Source: Octopus sinensis (lineage: Eukaryota). Taken from it: a stretch of DNA of 64,000 bases. Where the stretch lies: assembly GCF_006345805.1 (NCBI RefSeq), contig NC_042998.1, positions 74,028,001 to 74,092,000 of the forward strand. Direction: 5' to 3'. Shown one piece after another: positions 25,261 through 39,500 of the stretch. Positions within the stretch are counted from its first letter, which is position 1. Every line of letters begins with the position of its first letter. The position numbers were made by a program, and so were the translations under genes. The notes under the pieces were generated by a model. It searched no databases, was not told the origin of the DNA, and was given only the letters and a program-made list of their open reading frames with translations.

Positions 25261-26643
25261 CATACCAACGTTTTTTATTGTGATTTTTTTTCTGCTTTTT
25301 CTCTTATTTTTTTCTCTCCCTGAACCCGAGCTTTTTCTTTTGCTTCTCTTATTCATGCCTTCGTTGCATGTAACAACGTCTGGCCCCTGTACCTTCCACT
25401 CACTTTTATCACACCCTCCGCAATCCTCTTGCCTTTCCTTTTATTTCACACTTGCGCCCTCTCTCACCTCCTTACTTTCTTCACATACACATATCGATTA
25501 CACACCATACACCAATGTCTCATATACACCTAATCGATGCTGTTATACTTCTTACTTGCACACTTCTACACATATACACAAACTCTATAAAAAAATCATA
25601 TACCACTCGCCTCATATGTCCATCTATAAGCACAACTATACTTGCACGCACAAACCGACCCCTTCTTTCTCCATAACTTCTACCCAAATAACCGTATTCC
25701 CAACTGGCTAATGATCCCTCACCCGTTTATTTATCTCGTCGACTTTTTCACTTTTTCGCCCTACACCAAAGGTTCTCAGCCCATTTTGGACAAAGGCCCA
25801 CTTTAATCCTTGGAGTCACAAATGCCCCCCAACCTCACCCTTAGAAAATATTTTTATTTTTCAACATACTACTTATCTTGATATCAGCAGATAATGATTA
25901 AAAAATAAAGGACGTCGTTTTACATATGTGCTTGAAATCCAAAAAAAAAAAACGAAATAATGAATAGAAATTTTGGTAATTGCGTTTATTTCCACCACGC
26001 GACACTTACGAGATCAACGTGTTGTCTATCGAAAGAGTGCTATTTGGTACAAGAAAATGCCGATGAAATCATTTCAAACCTTTCCGATTTCCAGTATTAA
26101 AACCGCTAGAACTTGTGCAACAATCTGACATATAAGTTCTTGTCACTCAAGAAGAAGATTTTTTATGCTCAAGAAAGAGAGTGTATTTGACAGAAATTGT
26201 TGAAATACATTTGTACTTCATATGAGTAGCAAATTGTGGAGGATGGTATTCACTGTACTTGGATCTATTTAGTTTGAGTCACAAAATCAGCCCTCTCTTA
26301 AAATGATGTAAAAAAAATCTGAAAATTTGTCATATAAAACATTCATTTCTTATTCAGGATCTAGTTTGTTTCATTCACAAAATCTGCATTTTTTAAAAGG
26401 AAGTAAAAAATCTGAAAATTGGTTATCTTGATGCAGTTTTCCACGCATCAAGATATTTGTGATTGATTAGAATAATTTCCGCCCCTAGAGGATGTGTCAT
26501 ATTCACCATATGCCAGTGAAGTAAGGGAGATAATTCCAAGAATCAAGTATTCACCAGAGTTGACATGCCCTAAACGAAAAGGAAAAGCTTATTGACCGGC
26601 AATGTTTTAAATGTTTTATATTGTATGGTAATTAAAATACCTG

Positions 26644-26740
<97 letters not shown>

Positions 26741-27351
26741 ATATATATACACACAAATATCTTTAGCCTGCAAATTTAGCTGAAATATATTCTTACTGAA
26801 CCAAATGGTTTTACTTCAAAGAAATCTTGATTTATGACTCTGCCACTTAAACTGTCTTTTTACCCCATCCATAAAAGATAGATTCTAGTTTCTATTAGAC
26901 TTGATAAACTAGTCTATAAATTAAAACTAACAACCTCCCATTAGTAAATCTGAATAACAAAATAAAATCAATGATAAGCAGTGTCTTCTTGTGAAAAAAA
27001 TATCAGTTACAACTATGAGGTTGTTGAGGAAACGTTCTTTGTCTATCTACTTATCTTCTTTGTGATTTTGGTTAATAAAAAAACTATACAACTGAATCCT
27101 TCGAATTTAACTAAATTCTATATTTTTATGCAGCTGAAGATTGCTCTACATTTTAAAATTGATGTAATATTTTCATTGTTCAATTAAATGGAGTCGCATG
27201 AAACGATCGTACTGCATTACCTCTGGATATCCTTGTTGCTAATTTTGATTGTAATCACCCTATTTTGAATTATATGGATAATGCTATACTAAATTCTGGT
27301 ACCTTTAATTTAAGTACCATATTCAACTGAAGGTAAATTTTACTGAACTTT

Positions 27352-27385
<34 letters not shown>

Positions 27386-27540
27386 ATATATATATACACA
27401 CACAAAATATGGGTGCTTAGTCCACAGGTGATCTAAACGACTAGGTAAGCTGGGTAAGTGATGCAACGGATTACCAGGGCTCCAAGGTAATAGCTGAGAC
27501 GGGAGTTATAGAAACCCTTGTAGATTTCCGATATAGCGGA

Positions 27541-28130
27541 TATATATAATTTTTAAAGAGGACTACAAACGTTAAAGCAAGACAAACATCTCAAGTTATG
27601 TACGTTATTATTATATTATTATTATTATCATTATTATTATTACTATTATTATTACATACTTTTGCAGTTGTTTCTGGATATCCCAGAGTTTGGGATATTC
27701 CGTCATCAGAGACAAACAGGGAAAATAAGAAGGGTATAGATTAATGAAACGATGGCATAGAGGACAGGAGAAAAGAAATGAGAAGATGAAGAAGAAGAAA
27801 TAAGAGAAGAAAAAGCGGCATACAAGTTCACAATTCAAGTTCCGATCGTGTAGATGTTAGTCCATAAGTCCTTGGGTACGCTCTTGTGTAAATCCATGTA
27901 GGTTAAAGTCTTAATAGTGTAAATATCCAAAAATAAACGCGAACGTATCCATAAGAGAATGTATCCGAACGTTCCATAAGAGAATGTCTCCGATGACGGA
28001 ATATCCTATACTCTGGGATATCCCAGAAACAACTGTAAGACTTTGAATTTTTCCAATAATAACATATATGACTTGAGATGTTTGTCTTGCCTTAACATTC
28101 GTTGTTCTCTTTAACAATTATATATATATA
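27541..28130. repeat. Fold-back element carrying two oppositely oriented hammerhead motifs
   Basis: About 70-bp outer arms (27541-27610 and 28056-28130); HHR on minus at 27660-27713 and on plus at 27986-28041. Confidence 0.8.
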
Positions 28131-28524
28131 ATTTGTTACAGTTCTCATACATGTTTCCTTCTGGTAGTGATCGTTTTTAATTCAACCAGAATTTTAAATG
28201 CCAATGACACTTCACCACTGGCTTACTGTCATTGTTTTTTGGTTTAATAATGTCATTGATATTTTGAATTCCCGATGGAAAATGCCAATCTCTGTCAATT
28301 CGAAAGCTTTGATACCAGCAGAGCAACAAAAATTCTATCAAAAAGAACTGTTTATTCACATTTCCAGTGATAAATACTCATTCTACCAGTTCGCTACACA
28401 CACACACACACACACATATGCATGTATAAAAATATGCATATAGACATATATATATATATATATACGTACAAAGACATGACGCACGTACTAATATTGATTT
28501 CAAATTTTGGCACAAGGCCAGCAA

Positions 28525-28700
28525 TTCCGGGGAAGAGTTATGTCGATTACGTTGATCCCAGTGCCCAACTAGCACTTACTCTATCGACGCCGAAAGGATA
28601 AAAGGCTAAGTCAACCTCGGCGGTATTTGAACTCAGAACGTAAAGACAGACGAAATGTTGCTAAACACTTTGCCCGGCGTGCTGACAATTCTGCCAGCTC
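28525..28700 (-). mobile_element. SINE family 2
   Basis: Core and head are recognisable. Confidence 0.8.
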
Positions 28701-29868
28701 GTCCTTTTCTTACATGTATTCATATGAATATTGACTATTGAATACATTCAATTGACGCGACTGGGTTCAATGCCACACGTCAGTAGCTGCAGTTTATTGC
28801 ACTACGTTACTGCTTTATATCTTTATCAATATTATAACACCTTCAACTTGGAAAAAGATATCTATTTTACTACCTTGAATTTCCATATCTTCACAAAACA
28901 TTTCTCCAAGCTCCAGTCATCATTTTTTTTCAATATCTGATAATATATGCAGCAAAATATACTATAACAAATACAATAATATGTGCCATAACACGTAATA
29001 TTTAAAATAATATATAAACATACATACATATATATGCGTGCGCGTGTATGTACACGCTCGCGATAATATATATAAAAACAATACATTAATACAAAAGTTA
29101 ATATTTCTACTAACACCATGATATTTCTACAACAGCACAAGGTGAAAAATTCTGTGATCACATCAATAATGTTTCCTAAATTGAACTAAGAGTAAATTTT
29201 TTTTTTCATTCGCACCAAACGTGTCAAAGATGCATTTTAATCCAGCTGACATTGTCTTATTTAAAGAAAATAATTCTGAAATCTGATAACAATTCCTCTT
29301 TTGTTCATATAAAATTTATAAGAAAAATGTTTTTTTACTATATTATGCAGTAAGATATGCAATATCAATTTAACTTGTGCCCCTTGTGTTTTTTTGCATG
29401 ACTATGCGTTTGTCGTTGTTTCTGTTTTCCCCAGTAGCGAGATATCCTGCTGTAATATAAAATAGTAAATGGTTACATATTTTTACAGTAAATTCCCAAA
29501 ATTTCTCCGAGAACATGCAGTTTTTTTTTTTTTTTTTGTATAAACTACTTATCTGGCTATGTTTCAATTGACTTGGTGGTGGGTCGAATAGAATTATGAG
29601 CACTGTTATATTTACTTAACAAAATGTCAGAGCTTTTATGGAATCTTGTTACATATCAGGTAGCTTTGAGCTATTAACTTTGTTTTACAGTATTATAACA
29701 GAGAATATCGAACTAGTTTTATATACAACAATATTTTGTTAAAGTGATGTTCATATACTTGGGATGAATGGTGAGACTGCCATTCAGATATCTGAGATAA
29801 CATTTTAAAAGACGATCTATATGCTGGTTAAACAAACTTCCAATAGATTTGCTGACCATTAACACTGT

Positions 29869-29919
<51 letters not shown>

Positions 29920-30708
29920 CAACTACTACCACCATAGTTTCTGCTTCTCTAAACTTCCTACCTTTATTTTCTCCCTTCTCTACCTCTTTTCTCTTCGTCT
30001 CTTTTCCCTCTTGCTCGCAATGCATACTACATCTCTCCTCCGTAACACTCTATTCTCAGCTTTTTAAACAATCCTTCCTCCTCCTCCTCCTCTTCAGAAC
30101 TACATCACTCAAAAACTCCCATTTTGGCAATGTTTCCTCTGCCTTCATTGTGATTATCTTTGCTTCCCAGTTCTCTACGATATATTTTTCTCCATTTCCT
30201 CAAAGAATGCACTCAAACTGGAATTGATAAATCAATTACGAGATATTTATTGTCCTTATGGTCTTTAGCAATATTATCTTATCAATTTACCTTAATACCC
30301 CCGTATATATAAATTACTATATCGTTCAGTATAAACACTGTAATCATCTGCTCTCAGTTCAGTTTGTATGCTTATATCATTTGTTTTCAGTCTATATTCC
30401 ATAATACTGGCAGCATTTTCCGCGTACGAAAGCTCCGTCTCTGTCATGACTGCGAACGTAATCTTTCTTGTCTAAGACTGAGCAATCAGAAATAACGTAG
30501 TGGATTGTTTCTTCACAATCGCCTTGTATTTATAGTTACTTAATCTGTTTTATATCTAGTGCACGTTTTGGGTGGTTGCAGATGAGACGTTTCTAAGCTT
30601 GTACTGCAGTCAAAAACACTTTGATGTCAGCTTCGAACTTTCTGCTTCTTACCCAGTGGTCATTTTTTTTCTTTATTCATATCATCATCATCCTCATCAT
30701 CATCATCA

Positions 30709-30767
<59 letters not shown>

Positions 30768-31222
30768 GTTGCTGTTTATGGGTTTTTCTTCTTCTTTCAA
30801 ATTTGCTTCCATTTCTTGCCGAGTGTCTTCCCGACTCCTAGAGCAAAGAAACTAATTGTATACATTGGTAGGCCATTAAACTAAACTCACTAGTTCGTTC
30901 ATTTCTTTTATTTTTTTTTGTTTTTATAGAAATAAAGTTAAATTAAAATACATGGGTAGTAATAGTTCTCACATCGACTATGCTCTTCTCAATACGTGTG
31001 ATGTACCAGTTAAGACAATCTTTTGCACTTCTTGCAGGGATGGTAAGCCAAGGATCATTCTCATATAATTTTCGGTTCCCTTCTTGATCATTCCTAGTGC
31101 TCCTACGATCACTGGTATTGTAACCTCCTTGAGATGCCACATTTTCTCAATGAGCAAGTCTTTATATTTTCTGAGCTTGTCAAATTCTTTCGCCGAGATA
31201 TTATGATCACAGGAGATGCTCA
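30768..31222 (-). mobile_element. R4/Dong-type RLE non-LTR retrotransposon, 5'-truncated copy A
   Basis: DHNISAKEFDKLRKYKDL...IPVIVGALGMI...VQKIVLTGTSHVLRRA, then a 3' UTR; (TAA)n on both sides. Confidence 0.85.
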
Positions 31223-31237
31223 TTATTATTATTATGC

Positions 31238-31280
<43 letters not shown>

Positions 31281-31282
<2 letters not shown>

Positions 31283-34200
31283 TGTTTGACTTTTGCTTTA
31301 TATTTGTACAAGTTGGCTCCAAGTCTCACCCAGAGACCTCAAGAGACAACAGGGTTGGAAGTTCATGTTGTTGTTATGCCTAGTGTGCCATATATTTGGG
31401 GGGTGGGGATGTTGTACTAATGAATGTCTAAAAAAAAAAAAGGTTTTTTTTTTTTTTTAAACCGAAAATTATGGTTGTTTTAAACCTTGAGGTTACATAG
31501 AGAGTATTTTGCGTAGGATATGAGCAGTTCCCATGAGCACTATCTTTTGAACTTCTGCCATTTTTGGGTTCCTGGTATCTGAGTTAGGTAGCTATCAGCC
31601 CCTTTTGCTATCATTCCCAGGGCACCTATGACAACAGGTATTGTTTTAGTCTTCAGCTTCCACATTTTGCTGATTTCTATTTCAAGATCTTTATATTTGC
31701 TCAGTTTTTGGTAGGTCCTGACAGATACGTTTATATCGATTGGGACAGTCATATCAATGAAGAGGCATGTTCTTTGTTTGAAGTCTTTCAATATGATGTC
31801 TGGCCTATTTGCATCTATCTTCCTGTCAGTTTGAATTGTGAAGTTCCAGAGGAGTGAGATGTGGTCATTTTCAAGCACTGGGGGTGGTTTGTGTTCCCAC
31901 CAGTTTTTTTCATGGGGCAAATCCAGGTTTTTACAGATTACCCAGTGAATATATTGTGCAGCTCTATCGTGCCTGTTGAGATACTCTGTAGGCGCTAGAA
32001 GACTGCACTTGGAGACCACATGGTCAATGGTTTCATTTTGTTGCTTGCATACACGACACGTTGGACTGCTTCTGATCTTTAATATGTTGGCCTGGTAGTT
32101 TCTTGTTGGTAGGCATTGATCTTGAGCTGCTATGATAAACCCCTCTGTTTCAGATTTTAAGCCAGAGGCCATTAGCCATTGATGGGTCAGGGCTTTGTCG
32201 ATATCTGCATTATTCGCTCTCTTTGGGTATTTGCCATAGAGAGGTTTTTCTTGCCATTTATTATTCAGAATATCTAAGGCCGCAGTTTTGGCACGGGTTT
32301 TCATGCGCCTAGCTTTTTCTGTGCTTGTTTCTTGTATGTCTATCTCTAATTCCGAAATTGGTTGTATTCGGAATTCACTTAGATATTCCTTTGCCTGTTT
32401 TGTGACTGAGTATGATGCTTTCTTGTTTTCATGTTTTGAGACAAGTTTTAACATCCAGTCCTCAGAGTTTTTCAGGTAGGTGTCTAGGCCAATTGTAGCA
32501 ATCTTCATTGTTATTGCCAGTTGCAAAAGACCACGGCCTCCCTCTTTTCTTGGCAGATAGAGTCGTTCTGTATCTGCCTTAGGGTGGTGCATTCTATGCA
32601 TTGTCAACAGTTTCCTTATTTTTCTGTCGAGCTGACATATTTCACTAATTGACCAGTTAACAATATTGAAACTGTAAGTCACGACTGGTATAGCTAATGC
32701 ATTGATTGCTTCGATCCTGTTTCTTGCATTCAGCTCTGTCTTGAGTATTGCTCTCACTCTTCGATAGCATTCTCTCCTGATCCTTTCCTTCATCTCTGAA
32801 TGCCTTATTCCGTTCCCTTCAATTACCCCTAGGTACTTGTAGCTCTCCGCTGGGTCTAGTTCTTTTATGACATTCTGTTGGTCAAGGTTAACGTTAGATG
32901 TTTCTGTCATTTTTCCTTTGATAAAGGTAGCCTTTGCACATTTATCGAGGCCGAATTGCATTCTGATGTCGTCACTGAATTGTTTGACTATCGCTAGTAA
33001 GCCCTTGAGTTGTTGATCATTTTTTGCAAAAAGCTTTAAATCATCCATGTAAACGAGATGATTTATATTTTTATCAAACATTTTATACCCGTACTGCGCG
33101 TCATTGAGCAGCTTTGAGAGAGGTATTAAGGATAAACGAAAGAGGAGTGGTGACAGTGAGTCACCCTGGAAAATGCCACACGAAATTTTTACATCACCAG
33201 CATTTAGGGATTCACTGTCACTGTTCAGAGTTAGTGTGGTTCTCCATGATCACATACTTACAGTCAAGAAGTTTCGCAGAGTTGGTGCTATCTTATACAT
33301 TTCAAGGCATTTCCTAATCCAGCTATGTGGTAGGCTATCAAAAGCCTTTTTATAGTCTATCCAGGCTATTGATAAGTTTTTGTGTCGTTGTGACAATCTT
33401 CTAAGATCATCTTATTGATGAGTAGTTGGTCTTTACAGCCGTAGGATCCACGTTTACATCCTTTCTGTTCATTAGGGAATATGCTGCTGTCTGTTAAAAA
33501 ACTATAGGTATATTCCGTCAGGACAGATGTTAGTGTTTTGTACATAGTTGTTAAGCAGGTTATGGGTCTATAGTTTTTTGGTTCATTTGTTTCTTCACTT
33601 TTTGGAAGCAGGAATGTTAACCCATTAACTAGCCAAGGAGGCATCCTACTAGGGTGTTGTAAAACATCATTGTACAGTTCTGTTAGCAGTTCATGGCTCT
33701 CTGGGAAGGCATTCAGCCAGAAGTTAGGAATTTTATCCTTTCCTGGAGACTTCCATTTGCTTGACCTCCTGAGAGCAGATCTTATATCTTCTACCTTGAC
33801 ACCCTCCCACTTTTGCTCTTCTAAGGGGTCCAGTTCTGTAGATATTCTGTCAATCCAGGGGGCCTTTTCGTTGTGTGTTTTTTCTTCTGCCCAGATTTTA
33901 TTCCAAAATCTCTGCGCTTCTTCTTTTGATGGTACAGACCCTGCAGTAAACGCTGTTTTCCCTATCTTCCTGTAAAAATTCTTGGTGTTATTTTTGAACA
34001 TGTTGTTGTCCTTGAAAAATCTAACACGCTTTTCATACCTCGCTATGCGGGCAGCTTTGGCAGATACCTTTTGTTTGATGGTTTCTATGGTGGCATCAAT
34101 ATCAAGTATAGTTTTCATATTGTATTTTTTCAGTAATTTTTGGGTTTTTGTAGGTTTGGTAGTCTTGTGAGCCTTAAGGTTTTTCAAATATTCAATGTCA

Positions 34201-35310
34201 GATCTAAATACTTTAATTTGTTGTTGCAGACGCTCTTGCCAAGAAGGCTTTTTGTGGGACTGTTGCCGTTTTCTAATCTTTACACCACATAGGATCGTTG
34301 AGATTTTCGCGGATGCATAGTATAGGTGGTTGAGGTTTGTGATATCAACATCATTAACTGAAATTATATCCTTAAGTGCAAGCCGGATTTTACCAATTAT
34401 TTTCATGTTTTGGTTAGAGTTGCGGATTTTAGGAAGTGTATCACGCTCATCCATGCTGGTTTCTTTAATTTTCAGCCATTCAATCATGATTTGATTTTTT
34501 AGCTCATGTAGTTCTGTTGGGTCAATATTTGTGTGACTTTCTTTATCTATTTGATGCTCATCTGTCTTAGTGTTTATGATTGGTTCAGGGCGTATTTCAC
34601 TTTGCCTATCACTTATACTAACTCTTTCAATCCTCTCTTCGTTTTTATCCGCCCTGGGCTGGTCTATAATCATTTCCTCTGTATTATCTTCTCTAGCTGC
34701 AGCTTCGTTCATTTTATCCGATATTGCTTGTCTAACCTGATCAATCTCTACTTCAGTCAGTAATTTCTTTTTTATAATGTTTCTTCTAACATTGGCAAGC
34801 TTGTTACTGTCTATGTAGGGTCTTACTTCAGGATGTTTCTGTCTCCAGTTTAAGTATGCTTGTACAGTGCTAGACTTATCTGTGGGGAAATATATGGCAT
34901 GGTAGAAGGCCTCAAGAACTTCTTTATTATCTTCCCTAGACCATTTTTCCTTCTTTTTCTTTTGATTATTTGGTGATGAGCATGGATGGCCATCTGTTGG
35001 AATATTCCGGTTGTGGGGTTCGTCCAGCTCCTGTGTGTTGGGAAGATTTGATCCAGTAACTGATTTTTCAATCAGGATTTGGTTCAATTTTCGGGTACGT
35101 GGTCTTTTGTAATCCGCGCAATGACCAATGCGGTTTATTGTTTGATTTGTTGACCTTGAAGCATGACGAGCATCCATTCTTATATTAGGAGATGGATCTG
35201 TCAGTTTAGGGTTCACTACATGTAAGCATTGCTCATAGCGCCGCTTCTTAAGACTAGCAGATCTATATTCGTCTGTATTTTTTTTGTTGATAGTTTTATC
35301 TCCGGACATT
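31281..35310 (-). mobile_element. Near-full-length R4/Dong-type non-LTR retrotransposon, copy B (RT, CCHC, restriction-like endonuclease)
   Basis: ORFs 33366-35351 and 31540-33081 join via AWIDYKKAFDS...GIFQGDSLSPLLF...YMDDLKLF; CRVCKQQNETIDHVVSKC; NRPDII...IDMTVP...KLSKY. Lesions seen: frameshifts near 33388 and 31570, one TGA near 33248. True stop at 31493-31495; (TAA)n tail. Confidence 0.95.
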
Positions 35311-36196
35311 TTTTTTTTTTTTTCCTCCTTTCCTCCTCTTCCTTTCTTCAAGGCTTACTGTGTCTGTATTAGTTCGAAATAATGAGAATAAAATACGGAG
35401 AAGGAAACGAAAAGAAAGGGAAAAAGACGGGATCTGTCAGTTATTATTGTTATTACTATCATCTTCACCACCATCACCATCATCATCTTCAATGTGTAGC
35501 CACAGCCACCATCAACACTCCATTGTGTTGGAGAATGGGTGGTTAAAGAATTCATGTTCTTTGGGTCTATAAATAGCCACGGTAGATGGTGGAGACAAAG
35601 GACGTTAATGGTCAGTAAAAGGTCAAACCTGTTTACGTTTATTTATTTATTTTTTTTTTTTTCCTTTCTCTTTTCTTCTTCGCCACATGCATATGTATAT
35701 GTATATATATGTATATTCACTCACACATATTATCTGATGTTTTCGTCGAAGATTTTTTTTTCTTTTTTTTAAATAACTTTCTGAGTTCAATGTTATGTAT
35801 ATATTTTTAAATTTCTGAATTCAGTTGTATGTATATAGTAGTAGGTGCTTAATTCCATAACTTTTTATCGTGCATTTAATTGTGTTGTTACAATAAAAGG
35901 TAATTTAAAAGGCAATTTTACACATTCTTATAGTCATGAGAGACGACTAAATGTAAATGTTCACACAGAATTGGAGATATGTATGTTTCTAATTTTTCTT
36001 GTTAGGTGTACGTTTGTATGAGCTGTAGATATGTAAGTTTTTTTTTTTACTTATTTTGAGGGTAATTCAAATTACTTACAGAAAACAGTAGATCTTCCAG
36101 TTTTCTACAGTTGACCTGCTGGGTTCGCTGTTGCCAGTTCAGAGCATCGTAAAAATACGTCCATCCTCTGTCACGTACAGCCGCCTTCTTCTTCTT

Positions 36197-36227
<31 letters not shown>

Positions 36228-36236
36228 TTATTATTA

Positions 36237-36287
<51 letters not shown>

Positions 36288-36485
36288 GGCGTCGAGCAGG
36301 CACAATCGTTAGCACGTCGGGAGAAATGCCTAGCGTTATTTCACCTGTCGCTATATTCTGATTTCAAATTCCGCCGAGGTCGACTTTGCCTTTCATCCTT
36401 TCGGTGTCGATAAAATAAGTACCAGTTAGGTACTGTAATCGATGATCCTCCTCCCCCAAAATTCAGACTTGTGCCTATAATAGAA
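36288..36485 (+). mobile_element. SINE family 2, tail type B ending in (ATT)n
   Basis: Head and core, then ttgtgcctataatagaacggattattatt. Confidence 0.85.
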
Positions 36486-36540
36486 CGGATTATTATTATT
36501 ATTATTATTATTTTATTATTATTATTATTATTATTATCAT

Positions 36541-39500
36541 TCAGTAGTTTTATTTTTATAGCGTGCTTTCACTTCACTACCGGGCGCAGCTCTGTGTGCC
36601 TTCGGTATGTACTGTGATTTGTTTTGATGCTCTGGTGGTTATTGTATGGAAAGTGTTCTGCGTAGGATGTGTGCAGTGCCTAGTAGTGCAATTTTCTGTA
36701 TGTTATATGTGTTTGTAAGTCCTGGTGTTTTTGTTATGTATTTGTCTGAATATTTTTTTATCATGCCTAATGCACCTACTATGATAGGAATTGTTTCTGT
36801 TTTTAGATTCCACATTCTGGTTACCTCTATTTCCAGGTCTTTATATTTTGAATGTTTCTCCATTTCTTTTAGAGACACGTTGTCATCTGCCGGTATTGGT
36901 ACATCAATTAGAAAGCATTTTTTTCTTCATGATCACTGACAACTATATCTGGTCTGTTGGCCTTAATTTCTCTATCTGTGTGTATCGGCATATCCCAGAG
37001 TATGGTTGCTTTCTCGTTTTCTGTGACCTTTTCTGGTGTGTGCCTATACCATCTTTTTTCTGTTGTTATTCCATAATGTTGGCATAGCTTCCAGTGTATG
37101 TAGGTTCCAACTCTGTCATGTCTGTGAATATATTCCTTCTTAGCCAGGACTGGGCAGCCAGAAATAATATGATTTATTATTTCTTGTCCATCTCCACATA
37201 TTCTGCAGTTACTTGTAATATTTCTTTTCATTACATGTTTTTGGTAATTTCTGGTGGGGAGGCTTTGGTCTTGTACTGCAATTAAGAATCCCTCTGTGTC
37301 TGCTTTGAGTCCTGAGCTTCTCAACCATTGCTGGGATTTTTTCTTTGTCTATTTCTTTTGTATTTAGTTTAGTGCAGTATTTACCATGAAGGGGCTTTTC
37401 TTGCCATCGTTTTATCATGGTTCTTTGCTGTTCTAGTTTTAGTTTGGATTTCATTTGTTTTATAGCTTTTGTTGTTTCTTCATCTTCATCTTCTTCTTCA
37501 TATTTATTAGGTGGTATGATTTCTTGTTTGTATTTGTCGGCTTCCTTAAATACTGAGAACAGTTTTTTGTTTTGCTCGTGTTTTGCCGCTATTTGTATCA
37601 GTTTTCCTTCCTTCTGAAGTAGATATTTTTGCAGTCCTATGGTGGTTATTTTATAGTAGTTTTCCAGCTGTATAAGGCCTCTACCACTTTCTATACGTTG
37701 TATATATAGTCTTTCTATGTCAGATTTTGGGTGATGCATCCTAGATCCTGTCATTATTTTTCTTGTTTTCCTATCTATTTTGGTCAGTTCATTTAGTGTC
37801 CAGTTAAGGATATTGTAGCTGTAACTTATAACTGGGACAGCTAAAGTGTTAATACCTATTATCTTGTTTTTAGCATTGAGCTCTGTTTTTAGTATTGATC
37901 TAACTCTATAATATTCTTTTTTTATTTTCTCTTTCATTTGTGTGTGTTGTGTCTTATCTAGTTCATGGATTCCTAAGTATTTGTAAGTTTGGCTTTGGTC
38001 TAATTCTTTTATTTCATTGGTTTTATCTAGTGAGATGTTGCTACTCTTAACTAGTTTTCCTCTCTTCAGGGTTAACTTTGGCGCATTTTTCTAATCCAAA
38101 TTTCATATCTATTTCTTTGGTAAATCCATGAACTCTCTTTAATAGTATTTCCAGCTGTTTGTCATTTGCAGCGTATAGTTTTAGGTCATCCATATATAAA
38201 AGGTGGCTAATCGTTTTGCCGTAACATTTATATCCGCATCCAGTTCTATTTAGCATATGAGATAGAGGTGACAGTGCCAAGCCGAAAAGGAGTGGAGAGA
38301 GCGTGTCTCCCTGGAATATTCCTCTTCTAATGGGGATGTCTTTGGTTTTCATGAGTCCCTCTTTTGTTTGGAGCTGTAGCACTGTTTGCCATTTATTCAT
38401 AGAGTGTCCTATGAATTTTATAATTGTTGGTGCTACTTTGTTAATGGCTAGTGTTTCGAGGATCCATGTGCGGCGGTTGCTATCAAACGCCTTTTTGTAG
38501 TCGATCCAGGCCATACTGAGGCCTTTCTTCTTTCTGTGGCTGTCTTCAGTTATGGCTTTATTAATCATTAGTTGATCTTTACAGCCATATGAGCCTTTGC
38601 GGCATCCTTTCTGCTCTTCTGGAAACAGGTTGTTTTCGTCCAGGTGCTTGTTCAACCTTTGCGATATCACTGCAGTAAATGCCTTGTACATTGTAGGGAG
38701 ACAGGTTATTGGTCTGTAGTTTTCTGGTTTTGCTGTCTCATTTGATTTGGGAATTAAGATGGTTTTGCCCTTCGTGCGCTATTCATGTTGTTAAAGTTTT
38801 CAGCCAGCTTTTTGTGCATTCCTGTTAGATATTTCAACCAGAAGTTGGGGATCTTGTCATGCCCAGGTGCCTTCCAGTTGCTTAGACTTTGCAGTGCCTG
38901 AGTGACCTCTTCAGTTGTTATGGGGGTCCAAAGTTGCTCAGATGCTGAGTTTGTTGTTTTAATACTCCTTTTTTTTTGGTTGTTCGTTCGCCGACCATAT
39001 TTCTTTCCAGAATTCTTCCACTTCTTCTGCCGTTGGTGCTGCAGTGATTTCTATTTCATTTTTGCCAAGTTCTTGGTAGAACTTTTTGTGGTTGGAGTTG
39101 AACTTTTTGTTTTGTTCAAAGAAGCGCTGGCGTTTCTCGTACCGGCGGATCCTTTGTGCTTTGGTAAGGATATCTTGCTTTAGCTTTTCTTTTATCTCAG
39201 GTAAATCTTTTTCTGTGATGTTGTATTTGCGGAGTATTTTTGTTTTCTTTTTGTTGCTCAGTAGCGTTGATTGTCTACTGATTTCATTAAGAATCGACAG
39301 ATCTTTTCTCGTTTTTTTGTATTTCGTTTTGGATGTTATTTATCCACAGGGTTTGTTTGGGCGGTGGTACTCCTGTTTGGATGGGTTTGAGTGAGTATCC
39401 AGCTTCTTTTGTGGCTGCAGTGGCTGCTGCGTATACTAAGTCATTTAGCTCAGTGATATCGCTTTTTGTTTCAGTGGCTATTAGTTCCGTGACGGCTAGG

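Noticed and set aside
35260-35420. HDV-like ribozyme at the 5' end of RLE copy B
   Set aside because: No nested double pseudoknot pairing could be built from the sequence.
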